Origin: a virus
Reading direction: 5' to 3' (one strand)
Virus record (IMG/VR): IMGVR_UViG_3300017728_002360
Length of the DNA stretch: 64,000 bases
The notes under the pieces are model-generated. The model searched no databases and was not told where the DNA came from. It saw nothing but the letters and a program-made list of their open reading frames with translations. Shown here one piece after another: positions 36,255 to 49,700 of the stretch; position 1 is the first letter of the stretch, and every line of letters starts with the position of its first letter. Position numbers and translations under genes: made by a program.

Positions 36255-38072
36255 TTACCATAGTCCGCCACTGCTACCTAGATCAGTGTCAAACACCCAA
36301 GATCCAGCTTGAACCTTGAATCTTTTTAAACCTCTAGCCACTGAAGCATTAACAGTACCTGAAGCATTACTAAACGCAATATCCTGTAAAACACTTTCAT
36401 TCTGTACACCATTTGAGTCTACAGCAATGAATGATTTACTTGCAACCGTGTTTACATCAATTCCACTAACTGTTGCTCCAGTTAATGTGCTTGTTGGAAC
36501 ATACGCATATGATCCTGTCTTTTTAGTTGCCGCCGGATAAATGTCCTCAATAATTGTAGCAATATTGGCATTACTTAACCCTGTAATATCCAATGGTACA
36601 ATAACTGGCTCATTATCTAGTGAATCATCTACATAAAATTTAGTTGCGGCATCAGTATTAGTTGTAGGTTCAGCTAATCCTGTAATTTTTTGGTTATTAG
36701 TAATAGTAATTGAACCATCACTTGTTATTTGCAAACCGCTACCTGATGTAGATATTGCATAGTTATTAATTGTTACGTTGTCAACTGATAGTGTAGATAA
36801 TGTACCTACCTGTGTCAAGCCTAATGCTGATGTTACAGTTGATCCTAATGCTGTTTCGTTTAATACTTCGTTTCCATTAACCTTGTAACCTTTAGTTACT
36901 GCCAAGTCAATGTTTTCACTTGATGTCCAAGCCTGTTCAGTATTACGCCATAAAAATTCTTTATCTAAGTCTGAAGATTTAAGAATAATACCACCACCGT
37001 CTACCGCGGCATTGTTACCTGTTGAACTATCTGATTGTATAGCAAGTTCAATGTTCTTGTCTTCAACTCTTAAAACTGTTGTTTCTACTGCTAAACTTGT
37101 ACCACCAATAATTAAGTCGCCATCAATTTTAGCATCTCCGCCCACGTGTAAAGTGTACTGTGGAGAAGTTTTAAACAATCCTACGTGTGATTCTGATGTA
37201 TCAACTACGATAGCATCAAGGTATCCAGTTGGTTGTCTAACTCTAACTTTCCAGTCATGATTGGATAATTGGTTTTCAGTTACAAATGAAGTACCAATAA
37301 TTTTCATAATATTGTTTTGTGCAGGTCCTATTGTAACCCCGCCACTGTTACTAACTGTTAATGCACCTGTTGTGGTACCGTTTGAGTCAGCTGGTAAAAA
37401 CTGTGATGCACTCTTTTCAACACCTGCGGCGTTAATTAAGTTTAGTGCGGCATTTGATACGCCTCTGAAAACAGTTCCCGTTGATGATGCATCAATTGGA
37501 GTAAATCCTTTTTTGATTGTTCCAGTCAATCCTGCAATAGTATAACCTACTGCTGGAGTAAATTCTTCATTTGACCATACACCGTTAAGTGCTCCGCCTA
37601 TGAATAATTTTGCAACCACCTTGCTGTTGTTTTGTGTATCTAATGCTGTAAATGTTTCAAACCCTGTCTTGCCTTGTTGTGCAGAGTATATAGGTCCAGC
37701 TAATTCTAAGTCTGTACCATCATAAAAATATAATTGATTCTTTAAACTGTCTAACCAAAGGTCACCACTTACAAGTGTTGCCGGTTGTGCCGTAGCAACA
37801 ATAGGTCCGCCACTTTCTCTAAATGATGTTCCGTCATAAACTTTTATTCTACCTTGTGTTTTATCATACCATAACTGTCCAATTAACGGAACTGTTGGTG
37901 CTGATGTAGAAGCAAAGTTTTCTAACATCTTGATTTGATTTTCGTTTAGTGTTTCACCAAATCCTGAATAGTTTTTTCCAATAAGACCAATGCTTGACGT
38001 TGTAGTATCTAATTGTCCATCAACTAGATCTACGAGTAACGTGCCGTCAGTTTTGTTTAGTTTATAACTCAT
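36255..38072 (-). CDS. tail fibre/baseplate-attached fibre paralogue
   Basis: Same N-terminal module 'GKNYSGFGE..NEN..LENFA..GQLWYD', 'GDLWLD'; 'KITGLAEPT..DAATKFYVD' fibre repeat. Confidence 0.7.
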   Translation of the reverse strand: MSYKLNKTDGTLLVDLVDGQLDTTTSSIGLIGKNYSGFGETLNENQIKMLENFASTSAPTVPLIGQLWYDKTQGRIKVYDGTSFRESGGPIVATAQPATLVSGDLWLDSLKNQLYFYDGTDLELAGPIYSAQQGKTGFETFTALDTQNNSKVVAKLFIGGALNGVWSNEEFTPAVGYTIAGLTGTIKKGFTPIDASSTGTVFRGVSNAALNLINAAGVEKSASQFLPADSNGTTTGALTVSNSGGVTIGPAQNNIMKIIGTSFVTENQLSNHDWKVRVRQPTGYLDAIVVDTSESHVGLFKTSPQYTLHVGGDAKIDGDLIIGGTSLAVETTVLRVEDKNIELAIQSDSSTGNNAAVDGGGIILKSSDLDKEFLWRNTEQAWTSSENIDLAVTKGYKVNGNEVLNETALGSTVTSALGLTQVGTLSTLSVDNVTINNYAISTSGSGLQITSDGSITITNNQKITGLAEPTTNTDAATKFYVDDSLDNEPVIVPLDITGLSNANIATIIEDIYPAATKKTGSYAYVPTSTLTGATVSGIDVNTVASKSFIAVDSNGVQNESVLQDIAFSNASGTVNASVARGLKRFKVQAGSWVFDTDLGSSGGLW

Positions 38073-40096
38073 ATCGCTGTATTCTCCCCGGCATAGATAA
38101 TATAGTTAACAGTCATGTATGGGTTCATAACATCTATAGCTGTTCCCAATGCGTTGTTTGTTAACACACCACCTGAAGTAGGATATGCCTGACCTGCACC
38201 TGTGCCTGTCGGAGCATCGTATTGAATACCCTGTGCATCGTTTGGAGTACCTGTTACATCTCTTAAAGTATAGTACTGATCTCCACTTGGTCCTCTTAAA
38301 TCGTGTTCGTGTTCTGGTAAATTATTAATTGCAATAGTTTGGTTCTGTTGTCCTTCAACACTTCCCATTGTGTCGGCCGCCGCTGATGTTACAACGTTTG
38401 CTGATCCGCCACCCATGTTATCTTTACCTAGTGGGAATCTACCTCTTAAATCAGGTAATGCAAATTTACCTGCCGCTACCAATGATTGATCTTTAAAGTT
38501 GTAGCCAATCACGTTAAACAAGTTTTGATATGTTGCAATAGTTACTTCTTGTCCGTAACATAATACCCAATCAACTGGAGCAGTATCGCCACCAAATGGT
38601 GATATCATTCCAATCGGTAATGTAGGAATTGCTTTAAACAAATTAGTTCTTGAAACTTTATAAACACCAGTATCGCCTGTTACTCTGTTTAATAATATTT
38701 CGTCTGTTGATAATGAACTAGAAACTTCTGTTTTATTAGCAACAAATGTATTTGAAATCGTTGTTGTAAATGTTTTGCTACTTGCATCTTGTCCGTCAAA
38801 TGTAAATGACGGTGCAGTTACATCACCATTCATTTGGAATGTTGTTGAACTTGCAAGTTTGTCTGTTGATCCAGAACGTCCTGAAACTGTTCCTGTAACG
38901 TTACCTGTTAAGTTACCTATAAGGTTCTGTGCATAAACGTTTAACCATTGTTCGTTAGCTGTACCTAAGTTACGTGATGTATTTGCGTTTGGTACAATGT
39001 TTGCTGTAGTTGTAAGTCCTGAAAGGTTTGTATCACTGCCAACAAATAGTTTCTTAGCAATACCAACACCACCTTTAGTAATAATACTTCCTGTTGATAT
39101 AGTAGAAGCATCTGTAGTACCGTCAACCAATAATGAGTTTGAAAGTTGTATGTTTCCTGTAACGTCTAATGCTTGATCCGGACTTAAATTATTAATACCA
39201 ACTTTAGCAGTTGAGTCAATTCTCATTACAGTCGTTGCTGAACCGTTGTTGTTTACTCTTACGTCAATGTTTGATCCTGAAGTTTGGTGACTAATAATAC
39301 CCGCTTGTCCTTCAACTCCCATTGTAAAGAAACTTGAAGCACCAACTGTAATACCACCATTGTTTTTAACTGTTATCGGATATAAACTTTGTGAAGTACT
39401 GTCGTTACGCATAAAGTTTGTTGCAGGTATGCTTTCGTTATTAATAACTAATGCTTCTGCCTTTTCCGCAGTTCCGTAATATTTTCCTGCACCTGCACCT
39501 GTAATATCTGCTGAACTTAAATTAAAGCCAGGATTGATTGTTGTAAATCCTGCAATGGTTGTCTTAGGTGTAAATGCCGCTGTTGAATAAATTGCTAATG
39601 TCTTGGCACTAATTTCTATAACCAAACAAGTATAACTTACATTGTTTGTTCCAACTATTGATTCAGGCTTAACACCTGTTGACAGTCCATCACTAAATGT
39701 TGGACCTACTAATACCCAACCTGAACCTGTGTACAAGTATAGTTGTTGGTTATCAGTATCAACCCAAAGGTCGCCTGTAACTGATTGTGCCGCACCTGGT
39801 GCCGTTGTAGCTTTCTTTAATCCTGATGCACTAATCCAAGTAGTACCATCATATAATTTTAATTGATCAACACCTGCTGTATTATCATACCATAACTGTC
39901 CTTCTGTAGGATTGTTTGGTGCAGTTGTGTTTGCAAAATTTTCTAATAGGTGTAAAAAGTTTTCAGCAATAGCAGTACCATAAGCAGTTGTATTTCTGCC
40001 TGGCAGTGACAACGACGTCTGTTGGTTGATTGTATTATCTTCAACCGTTATGCTACCCTTGTTAGCAACGTCTGTATGGTTAACTGTATATGCCAT
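38069..40096 (-). CDS. tail fibre with phage tail-collar domain
   Basis: Shared N-terminal module; collar motif 'PIGMISPFGG..AP..WVLC.GQ..LF.VIG..FALPDLRGRF'; tip 'LPEHEH' and 'NPYMTVNYII'. Confidence 0.8.
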   Translation of the reverse strand: MAYTVNHTDVANKGSITVEDNTINQQTSLSLPGRNTTAYGTAIAENFLHLLENFANTTAPNNPTEGQLWYDNTAGVDQLKLYDGTTWISASGLKKATTAPGAAQSVTGDLWVDTDNQQLYLYTGSGWVLVGPTFSDGLSTGVKPESIVGTNNVSYTCLVIEISAKTLAIYSTAAFTPKTTIAGFTTINPGFNLSSADITGAGAGKYYGTAEKAEALVINNESIPATNFMRNDSTSQSLYPITVKNNGGITVGASSFFTMGVEGQAGIISHQTSGSNIDVRVNNNGSATTVMRIDSTAKVGINNLSPDQALDVTGNIQLSNSLLVDGTTDASTISTGSIITKGGVGIAKKLFVGSDTNLSGLTTTANIVPNANTSRNLGTANEQWLNVYAQNLIGNLTGNVTGTVSGRSGSTDKLASSTTFQMNGDVTAPSFTFDGQDASSKTFTTTISNTFVANKTEVSSSLSTDEILLNRVTGDTGVYKVSRTNLFKAIPTLPIGMISPFGGDTAPVDWVLCYGQEVTIATYQNLFNVIGYNFKDQSLVAAGKFALPDLRGRFPLGKDNMGGGSANVVTSAAADTMGSVEGQQNQTIAINNLPEHEHDLRGPSGDQYYTLRDVTGTPNDAQGIQYDAPTGTGAGQAYPTSGGVLTNNALGTAIDVMNPYMTVNYIIYAGENTAI

Positions 40097-40099
40097 CTA

Positions 40100-40714
40100 T
40101 TACGCCTCGTTAAAACCAGTTAATGATTGTACTCTAACTGTATAATCAATCTGGATTAGTCTGTTTAAACTTTTTTGTACTGGGTGGAATATTACGTGTG
40201 TTAATAATCTACCTGTACCACTTGTTGCATAACTTACTAGTCCTAGCTCATCAAATACATATAAGCTGTCTGAACTTGTTGCGTTATCCAATGCATCTTG
40301 TCCTGAAGGTTCACCGTAGTCTAGTAAACAAGTTGCAATAATATCTGTGTAATTTGTACCACTAACATGACGAGTTTCAATCTTATTTCTTGTAGGATCT
40401 GTGTTGTTGATTGAATTGTCATCAATTACTTTAGTGTATGTTTGGTTGTACAAACTAGCATTTGTTCCTGTGCTATTTGGTGAAAGGTATGTAATAATAC
40501 CAGTTGGATCAACTGATGTTCCACCATTACCAAAGTTCATGGAATATATCATTCCTTGCCCTTGGTTAGCTAAACTTTCTGCTAGTGAAATACTCATATT
40601 CTCATAGTGGATAGCATTTCGCTTATCCACAAAGATTTCACCGCTTTCTGGGTTATGTATCTTTATGTGTCCTTGCAAAAGAACTCCTGAATTGTCTTTA
40701 AAATTGTCTGTCAT
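40100..40714 (-). CDS. virion structural protein (baseplate/fibre-associated)
   Basis: 'GHIKI..N.I..FGNGG..FDELGL..LLTHVIF.PVQKS..IDY' pattern; lies between the giant protein and the fibres. Confidence 0.6.
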   Translation of the reverse strand: MTDNFKDNSGVLLQGHIKIHNPESGEIFVDKRNAIHYENMSISLAESLANQGQGMIYSMNFGNGGTSVDPTGIITYLSPNSTGTNASLYNQTYTKVIDDNSINNTDPTRNKIETRHVSGTNYTDIIATCLLDYGEPSGQDALDNATSSDSLYVFDELGLVSYATSGTGRLLTHVIFHPVQKSLNRLIQIDYTVRVQSLTGFNEA

Positions 40715-40732
40715 GTTTATATCCTACAAGTG

Positions 40733-40738
40733 TATTTA
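40733..40738 (-). promoter_or_regulatory. late-promoter-like TAAATA (tandem TAAATAAATA)
   Basis: Overlaps the stop codon of the giant gene; AGGA RBS and ATG 40714 lie downstream. Confidence 0.5.
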
Positions 40739-43700
40739 TTTAGGTAACGCCACCTCTTTGTTTCTTAAGAACCTTCCGATGTTATTTTCTTGCAATCTTA
40801 GTGGAGTTCCGTTATCAGTCCATTTTTTACCTATGCGTCTAACCACCATTATCTTGGTGTTAATCGCTGGTGTGTCTGTTAGTGTTACTACTGGATTGAC
40901 TCCATCAACACTAAATTCTGCTGGTAGTGTAATATCTCCCTCTGGACTGTCCAAATCATTGCTTGGATTGAAGGAACTTATCGCATTCTTGCGTAATCTA
41001 CGTCCACCTACAAAAATCTCAAATTCGTTTACGTTGTTTGGTATAAAGTCTACAGTTACAGCTCTAGTTGAGCCATCTGCTGTAAATGTCTGTGTTCTCA
41101 TCTCATCTTTATACGGTACAGTCTGGTACACACTCTGATCTAGCACCTGTGCTCCAGCTGTGTGTAGTGTTTTAATACCTGTACCTAGTGTACCTCTGCG
41201 TAACTGTCTAATAGCACCTTCTTCTTTTAGATAGTATTCAATACGTTCTCCGCCAATGAATATGATGCCTGGAATACCTTTATCTCTGTTTGGCTGTGGT
41301 AATCCGTCTGCGTTAGTTACAAATATTTTAGTATCATACCAGTTTAAGTTCTGTGCTAGTGTGTATTCAACATCATCACCCAAACGTTTGAAGTGTGTTC
41401 TATTAAGCATATCTTTAAACTGTCTAAATCCAAACTTGCCAACTATTGTGCTGTTTGAGAAGTGTATCAACTCAATTACATCATTTGCATTAAGATCTAC
41501 TACAACTCTAATAGTTTGTTTATCATCTTGTAAGTAATAATCAACACTTGGAGTTAACAAGGCGCCATTTACTACTAACCAAACATATTCAGCATCGATG
41601 GCCGCTTTACGCAACTTGATGATACCGTTTGTAAGTTGATGATATTCTGTGTAATTATCTGTACCAACTGTAATTGGGTTACGTGTAACTATGTCTAAGT
41701 TTTCTCTTTCAATTTGTCTTACATCATGATTTGTTAACTGATATACAGTTACACTTTCATTGTTTGCAGGAGCAGTATCAAGATAAACTTTACCTGGAGT
41801 TTCAACCCATAAGCCGTTACCGTCTAAGAAACCAAATGCGTATTCGCCACCGTCAATTACATAAACATCTAATACATCACCGTCAACACCTATGTCAGAG
41901 AACAGTTCTACTGAAGCATTAAACGTATTCCAGTTCCAAGCAGTTGAAAGTGTAAGTTCTGTTCCGTTTAAGAAAACTCTAACTTGGTTTGCACCAACAC
42001 CAGCTTGAGTAATTTGATAATCTCTTAATTGATATTCTCTTACTCCTGTTGTTACTTTAAACTGTTGATTGTATCCTGCATTTAATACTTTGTTTCCAAC
42101 TTTAACAATTACATTATGTTCTAATGGTTTTTGATTTAGTGGAGTTTGTGCAAGAGCAAATTCTTTGTTTGTTCCGTCACCTGTAAATGTATCTGTTGCA
42201 ATCTGTGAGAATGATTTACTTGCACTATCAAATATTGCATATTGTATTACAGTACTGTTAAGAGGTGCAGTACCTAGTTTAAACACACACATTCCTTTTT
42301 GTGCATAAGTGCCATCTGTTTCTGCCATGTCAACGTTTGTTGTTACACCGTCAACTGTTAAGAAGAAACTTAATGTTGATTTAAATGGAATGCTTGTAAC
42401 AAACTGTGCAGTTGAACCGTCACCTATAAACTGATCAACATCAAGTATTTTCTCACCATTGTTACTCATTGTAATAATGTGTACCTGTTGTTTGTCACCT
42501 GGTGCAGTTGTTAATTTAAGTTTTTTGTTTTGATAGTCAACTGTAAACTCTGAGTGTGATAAAATAGTGCCATGTACTTTTACCCAAACGTCCTTTTGAC
42601 TTAATGGTACGTAATTAATATCAAAGTCTTTATTAGTTCCGTCACCTAAATAGTTGTAACTATGTAACACACTTGAACCGTCTCCAGTTCTTTCATAAAC
42701 CTTAATATCTAGTGTATCTAAAACTTGTCCTGGAACAAGCTCTTCAGGTCCTTTTGAAGTTAGTGGAGTAACAAATCCGTCACCGTCAATAACAATTTCT
42801 TCTGCACTAATACCTTTGGCAGTAGCATAAGCTAGGTCACCACCTTGTACTAATGTATCATATCCATCTGGATCTGGAATAAACGAACCGTCACTTGATG
42901 CTTTTCTAATTACAATAACATCATTTGCTACTGTTGGAATTTTTTCTTCGTCTAACTGTACTGTAGTTTGTCCTGTTCCTGTAATACTTTGCATTACAGC
43001 ATTTACATTTGTAGGAACTGTTGAACCATCGTATTGCGGATCATCTACTCTAATACCATTTTTGTATACGTTATATACTACGCCATTCGCTAATGGTTTA
43101 GCAAGTGCAAATACATTTGTACTTCCGTCTAATACAAAAACTTCATCTTCGTATGTGTTATCATAAGTGTCCCAAGTTGTTGTGTAGTAAGGATCACTAG
43201 CCCAACCTGTACCTGCTCCAAATGTGAAACTCTTAACTTCAATTCCTCCGTAATCAATACCGTCCATTAACTGCGATACGTCATTTCCTAACATACCTGT
43301 TGATGGAGTATAGAACAAGTTAATTCTATCCTGTGCTTGTAGCATAGTAATTTCTTTAGAATACTTAACAACAATCACAGCATTATTTGCCGGAGGTTCA
43401 GCAAACATGATTTGTCCTTTGGTTCTAACATAGGACTTATCTGAGTATTCAACGTTGCTGTATGTGTATTCACTTTGTAATGATTCAACACCATCTACAG
43501 TAACTTCTATTTGAGTCTTTCTTAAATCCATTGGCCATGTTAGGTTAAATGTTGTTTTACTTCCTGTACCTGTAAAGTTTTCTGTCTGCGATAGTGTAGT
43601 AATTAAGAACGTTCCTGTTACTCTATCAAACTTAGATACGTGATGTAATGCTCTAACCTTGCTGTTACCTAACTGTGCTGAAACAACTGCCGCAACCGAA

Positions 43701-46700
43701 CCTGTTGACTGTGTTCCATTAATGCTAACTGTAGGAGCACTTAGATATCCACTTCCTGGATTTGTAACTGTAATATATTTTATTGCTCCGCCTGTACCAA
43801 GTGTTGCTGTTGCAGTTGCACCTGATCCGCCGCCGCCTGTAAATTTAATTACTGGTACATCTAAATAACCTGTTCCGCCATTCTTGATGTTTACCGTTAA
43901 TACTTCAAAGCCAACATTTTCAGCCCAATACTTGTTAGGGTAATCAACTATGTTTGCATCTTGTCCATATATTAAATCATCTTTAACTTTTAAACTTGAA
44001 GGAACAATCTTACCATCATCAATGCTGTAAGCTGGTGGTATATCAAAGTCCGTTACACCTGTTGCAGTTGGATCTGTTTTTGTGTAAGAACTAATGTATT
44101 CTCTAATTTTTGTTTTGTATGGTTTAGCTTCTTCAACAAAATCTTCATAACTAGGTAAGCTATCATTTTGGAAAGTAATTTTCTGTGTTAAATCACCTGC
44201 GTTATGTTTAGCTTTCAAGAATGAAGTTTTAAATGCCCAATCAACCATTGGTTGTTCGCTAAACGCATATCTTAAACTTGCAAAGAACAGTTCGTTATAG
44301 TGTACAGCAAGATCATTTATAAAGATATCATCTCTTAATGCTGTTAAGATTTTTCTTAACTCTAGTGTTGGTTGATCGTCATAGAATGAAGTATCATAAC
44401 TTAATCCGTCGTAACCAATATTACTACTTGCTGGATCGTATAATGCTCTTGATAAAGCTATTGTTCCGTTCTGTCTACCAACAGTTTTATATTTTGTTGT
44501 GTAGTCTGTACCGATATCGCTGATCTTTTCTAACAGTAACCAACCACCTGATCCTATTGTACTAATTTTTACAATATCACCAACTGTGTCAGTTAAACTT
44601 TCTAATTCATATGAATAATCAACTAGGAAATTAATATCTGTAAATTCGCTGTAACCTATGTCATACCAGTCTGTGTAACTCCACCATTTAGTTGTGTCGT
44701 AACTTGAACTTGATGTTCTTTCCCATAATTTAGTTGTGTTGTTGTAGGCATATATTGCCCACTTGTTACTAACTGTTTCATCAACAGCAACAAGTACACT
44801 ATATTTTCTTACTGACAATGTTGTTGTGCTAGGATATCCTGAACCTGCATTCTTAACAGCAACATTTGTAATGGTACCTGCTGTATTCATTGTAATTGTA
44901 ATTTCTGCACCGCTACCGTTACCTACTAATCCAAACTCGTATGTTGGAACTGTAACGTAACCTTTACCACCATTTGCAATATCAACTCTTTCAAGTTTGC
45001 CGTTTACAAACACAGGTGTTAGTACTGCTGGAATAACATTTGATACTCCAACAAACTGTAGTTCTGCATTTGTTGTAACTGACTTGTCAAACTGTTTGCT
45101 TAACAATGTTGGTGTAGGATCTTTGCTTAAGAAAGCACTTAGATTTAATTCGTCAACAATTAGGTTTGCTTTTAATGTAGTGTTAGCTCTTTCAACAACT
45201 TGTTTAAGTGCTTCAACTCTATTTTTAAACATACCTTGTCTTGGTCTGTCTAGTATACCATATTTTTGTTTTTCACTTAAGATAGTGTCTGGCACCGGTC
45301 TTTCGTTTGTATCAACACCAATTAAACTGTCATACCATTTACGTTCAATATCTGCATTTGGTTTACTTGTACCTAAACCTTCTGACATTAACTGATACTG
45401 ATTGTGTATGTTAATTTCTTTATTATCAATAGTCCAATAACGGAAGTTGATTGCATTGTCTGGTCCACTTACAAGTGATTCACAGTTGTATAAACCAAAT
45501 TTATTGTTGCTGTAAAGTGCAACAAATTTTTGTCCCATTGCCATTGGATCCGTAATTAATTGTGCTACGTCATAAGCAGAAGTTTTTCTCCACTCTAAGT
45601 CTGGAATAACTTTTGTATTCTTAACCCAATAGTAATATTTGTTACTAAATCCTTTTGATATTTCATTGTAAACTTGTACTTGTACAAAGGTGTTTACATC
45701 TTTAGCTGTACCACTTATACCTTTTACAAGACCTTCTTCTGTGTCTGCTGTTTCGTTCCATTGTGTTGGAGTAAGTGTAGATTCAACCCATTCATAAACA
45801 TCAATACTTGCTCCAGTAAATAATTTATTCCAGTTAGCTGTATTGTAAATTATGTTTCCTTGGTATGGGTTTACAAATTTAGCTGTGCTAATATCCCACC
45901 ATAGTCTGCCTACGTTTGCATTATTCCAATAATTTTCTGGATCAATTACAGTATTAGGTGTGTTAGTTCCGTTAGTATAAACTGCTGGATCATAATGTGT
46001 TTTGAAAGTTAATTCTTCCTCAGCCGCTCCGGCAATTTTTCCTTGTATAGGATCAATGTAATCTATTTTTTGTGCAATAGGATTAGGTCCCATTGTGTAA
46101 ATGAATACGCCTTTAAATTTAGTTAAGTCAACTTGGTCAGTTGGTGTGTGCAAAGTTTGCCAAGGTAGAGCTTCTCTATCTCTCTTGTAATCTAGTAACG
46201 TACCTATGTAGTTGTTCCAAGTAGATGAATCTTCCATATCTCTAACTGAAAGCTCTGGCATCGGAACGTAAACGTGATTCTCATTAAACAATAAGTATTC
46301 GCCAAATCTTTCTACTGAAGCATTTTTGTAATTAAACTTCTCTGCGTATAATAATTTGTTTTGTACCTTCTGATACATAAACACTTGTCCGCTATCTGTG
46401 TTTACACTTTCAAATTGTGTTAAGTTATTATCAAATGTAGTTGACAACACATCAAACGTTGTGCTTGTTACAAGGTCTCCGCCTTTAGAACTTACAATTA
46501 AATCATTGCCTTCAAAGTCTATCGCGGCTCCAAATCTTTCAGCTACATCATTTTCAGGACTGTATAAAGTTTGTGTTTGACTAAACACACCGCCTACACT
46601 AGTGTATACAAATACCTTACCGTTATTGTCTGAACGTGTATCGTCTTCTGGTGCACCTACGGCTAACATATCTCCTGTGTCGTTTAGACTAATTGCACTT

Positions 46701-49700
46701 CCATATTTTATTCCAACTGTCGGAGCAGGAAGCATCTGTGAAAATTCATAGTGGCCGTTGTTAATTCTGTAAATTATAATCTTAGGATCACTGTTGTTAA
46801 AGTCTGCCACAGTTGCAAGTACATCTCCGTATTTGCTAATTGAGAATGGGTGTGCATACTGTATTAAGTTGCCTTTATCAAATGTGCTATCATCACTTAC
46901 ACTTAATCCTGTATCATTAGGAACATAACCAATGTAGTCAATGTTGTTTGCTAACAATGTCCAATACGTTAAAACAAACGCACCTGGTGTTAAATTAGTT
47001 TTTGCTTGATAGAAACTTCCTTGATATAAAACTATATCGTCTGTGTAATAAGTTTGTGCGACATCATACTCGCCTCTAAAGAATAGATTCTTACTTCTAC
47101 CCCATTCGTAAACTGTACCGTCTGCATCTGTACCGTGATTAACAAAGTGTATTCTACCACTGTTGCTAACATCTAAGTTTCCTGGAGCACTTACATATAA
47201 TCTATAAAAATCTGTTATTGTATTTGACTTACATAATTCTATCTGAGTACCTAGATTACGGTTACTTGCTCTTTGAGGATTTGTGTAACCATGCTGGTAA
47301 CTATAAAGTCCTGTACCCATTTTTTCATAAACAAAATATACACCTTCGTTTGTAAATGAACTTGCTGAACCAGTACTGTCTGTTTTAAGTGCTGAAACTT
47401 GTTTCCAATCCTTGTTAAGTGGATTAGGATAGTTAGGTGTTCTTGCTACACCATTTACGGTCCTATCGTTATAAACTTGTATTTCAACTTCATTTCTAAA
47501 TGTAGGTGTTGTTACAGGTAATTGTGTTGAGTCTGTAAATCTTACAACTACTAACTTACCAGTTAACGAACTAGACATATCCATATTGTCTAATCTACCT
47601 GATAGTCTGTCAATGCCTGCACTTACTCCATCTTTAATTGCAATGGTGCTTGTTGCGGAGTGTAAATTACCAAAGCTAAATGTACCGCTTCTATTTTTAA
47701 CGTATACTCTACAATCCAATAATTGTTCTTGTACATAAACAACTTCACCAGTTGCGTTTGTATTTTGATCAATAATCGTTTGTCCTATCTGAGGAATAAA
47801 AGCATTACCTTGGTTATCAAAGTTTGTAAATGTAACATCTACATAACCGTCCCATAGATCATAAACTTCGTGTCCTAGTGCTTGGTTAATGTAGTTTGTG
47901 TTTATTCCTAGTGTTGCAGGATCAAATACAGTATTCAAACTATTTCTAACCTTATTGACATACATCTTAAATGTATCGCCTGTGTTTAGTGTATCTGTCC
48001 AAGCCTTGTTTGCTCTAAAGAACCAGTATGGACTTAGGTCTGGCATACCTTGTTTGTTGTAGAAACTTAAATGTCCTAACTTACCGCCCTTGGTTGGATC
48101 ACTAACTTGATTCAACGCATACACATCGTCCATTGTGTTATAGTATACTTCAGGTGATTTACTTTCTGATTGTGTAATAATATCCTGTACTACAAACTGT
48201 GGAGTTGTTACACTCTTAACTGAACTTGTAAAACTTGTTAAGCCAGTTACTTTCCACCAGCCGCCAAACGTTGCTCCAGAATTTAAAGGATTCAATGCAA
48301 CATAAGTTCCCATGTTTTGCGTACCAAGTGTTGCACTACCACTATCAGTGAACTCACCGTTCATATCTTTGATATAGATAGTTGCTTGGTTTACGTTTTC
48401 AACATGGATGTAATCAACTGTACCTATTGCAGTTGTTGTACTAATAGTATCACCAACGTTAGGTGTTCTTAACATATTATCAAAGTATAGTATTGCATCT
48501 ACTTTACTTGCAATAGTTTTACTTCCTTCGAATTGTGCTACGCCCGGGCCGTTGCTACCAAAAGGTAAAATACCCGCTGGATAATTTTGTGAATATTGAT
48601 CCCAGTTTAATACAATAGTGTCGCCAGCCGCTGTTGCTTCGTATTGAGACAACGGAGCTCTAATTAACATATGATCCGTTGGAACATTAAAGTGATAATT
48701 ACCCCTTACAGCATAAACAACTTCTGGATAGTTTGACCCGTTCCATGAAGCTTCTGCTACTGTGGCAGTATCATAAAAACTGTTAAATGTTAATGTACCT
48801 TGTGCCTGTGCAATAGGAAATTGTGCTTCCCAGAAGTTTTCCTGATAGTTTACAATGTCGTTCTTAACATAAGACTGAGCACCTGTGAAGCTTCCTGCAA
48901 ATTTTGTTTTAACGTTACTTGCCTGCGGTGCACCTACCACTAACCATTTGCTATCTCTTGATAACGCAAGTCCTGTACCAAACTTACCGTCACCTGTGTA
49001 AATACCTGTTGGTGCGTCTAATGTTTGTGCGTGTATATATTGTCCGCCATCGTTTGTTCTATTGTATATGTAAACCTTGTTGGATTCACTTGCACCTACA
49101 ACTAGTGTTGAGTTTCTTTCATCACAAGCAATTACTTTACCAAAGTTTGTGGTAATATCACTTGTTTCTACATTAGAAATAACTTGGTGTTGGCTATGTA
49201 CAGGATTGTTTTTAATTACTACCCATTTGCTAGAACTATCATCGTCAACCCAAATAGTTTCACCTACTTTTATTTCACTGTTTATAAGTTTTGTATTTGC
49301 CGCTTCTAGGTCTGCAACTCTAACAGAAGTAAAGTTAGTAACAAATCCTGTTGCAGGATCTACATCTGTTGTTTTTCCATTTTCAGTACAAAATACAGTA
49401 TCTAATTCTGAACGTAATACTTTGTAAAATCTTTCATTGTCAGTAACATCAACTAAACCAATGATATCGTCTTTGACATATCTTGCTTGATTGTTTAGTT
49501 TTACTTCAACTTCATCAGTTGTACTATTTTTTGTTAGCTTAATTACTTTGTCTTCTGTACGTAGATATTTAAATACGTCCCAGTCGTTAGTTTTGTTTGT
49601 ACCTGTCCAAATATAATCACCAACGTTAAGAGTTGTAATTGCAATATTTAAAATTGCATCATAGTTTGCAACCTGTGTTTTAACATCTGAAGGATTAACG

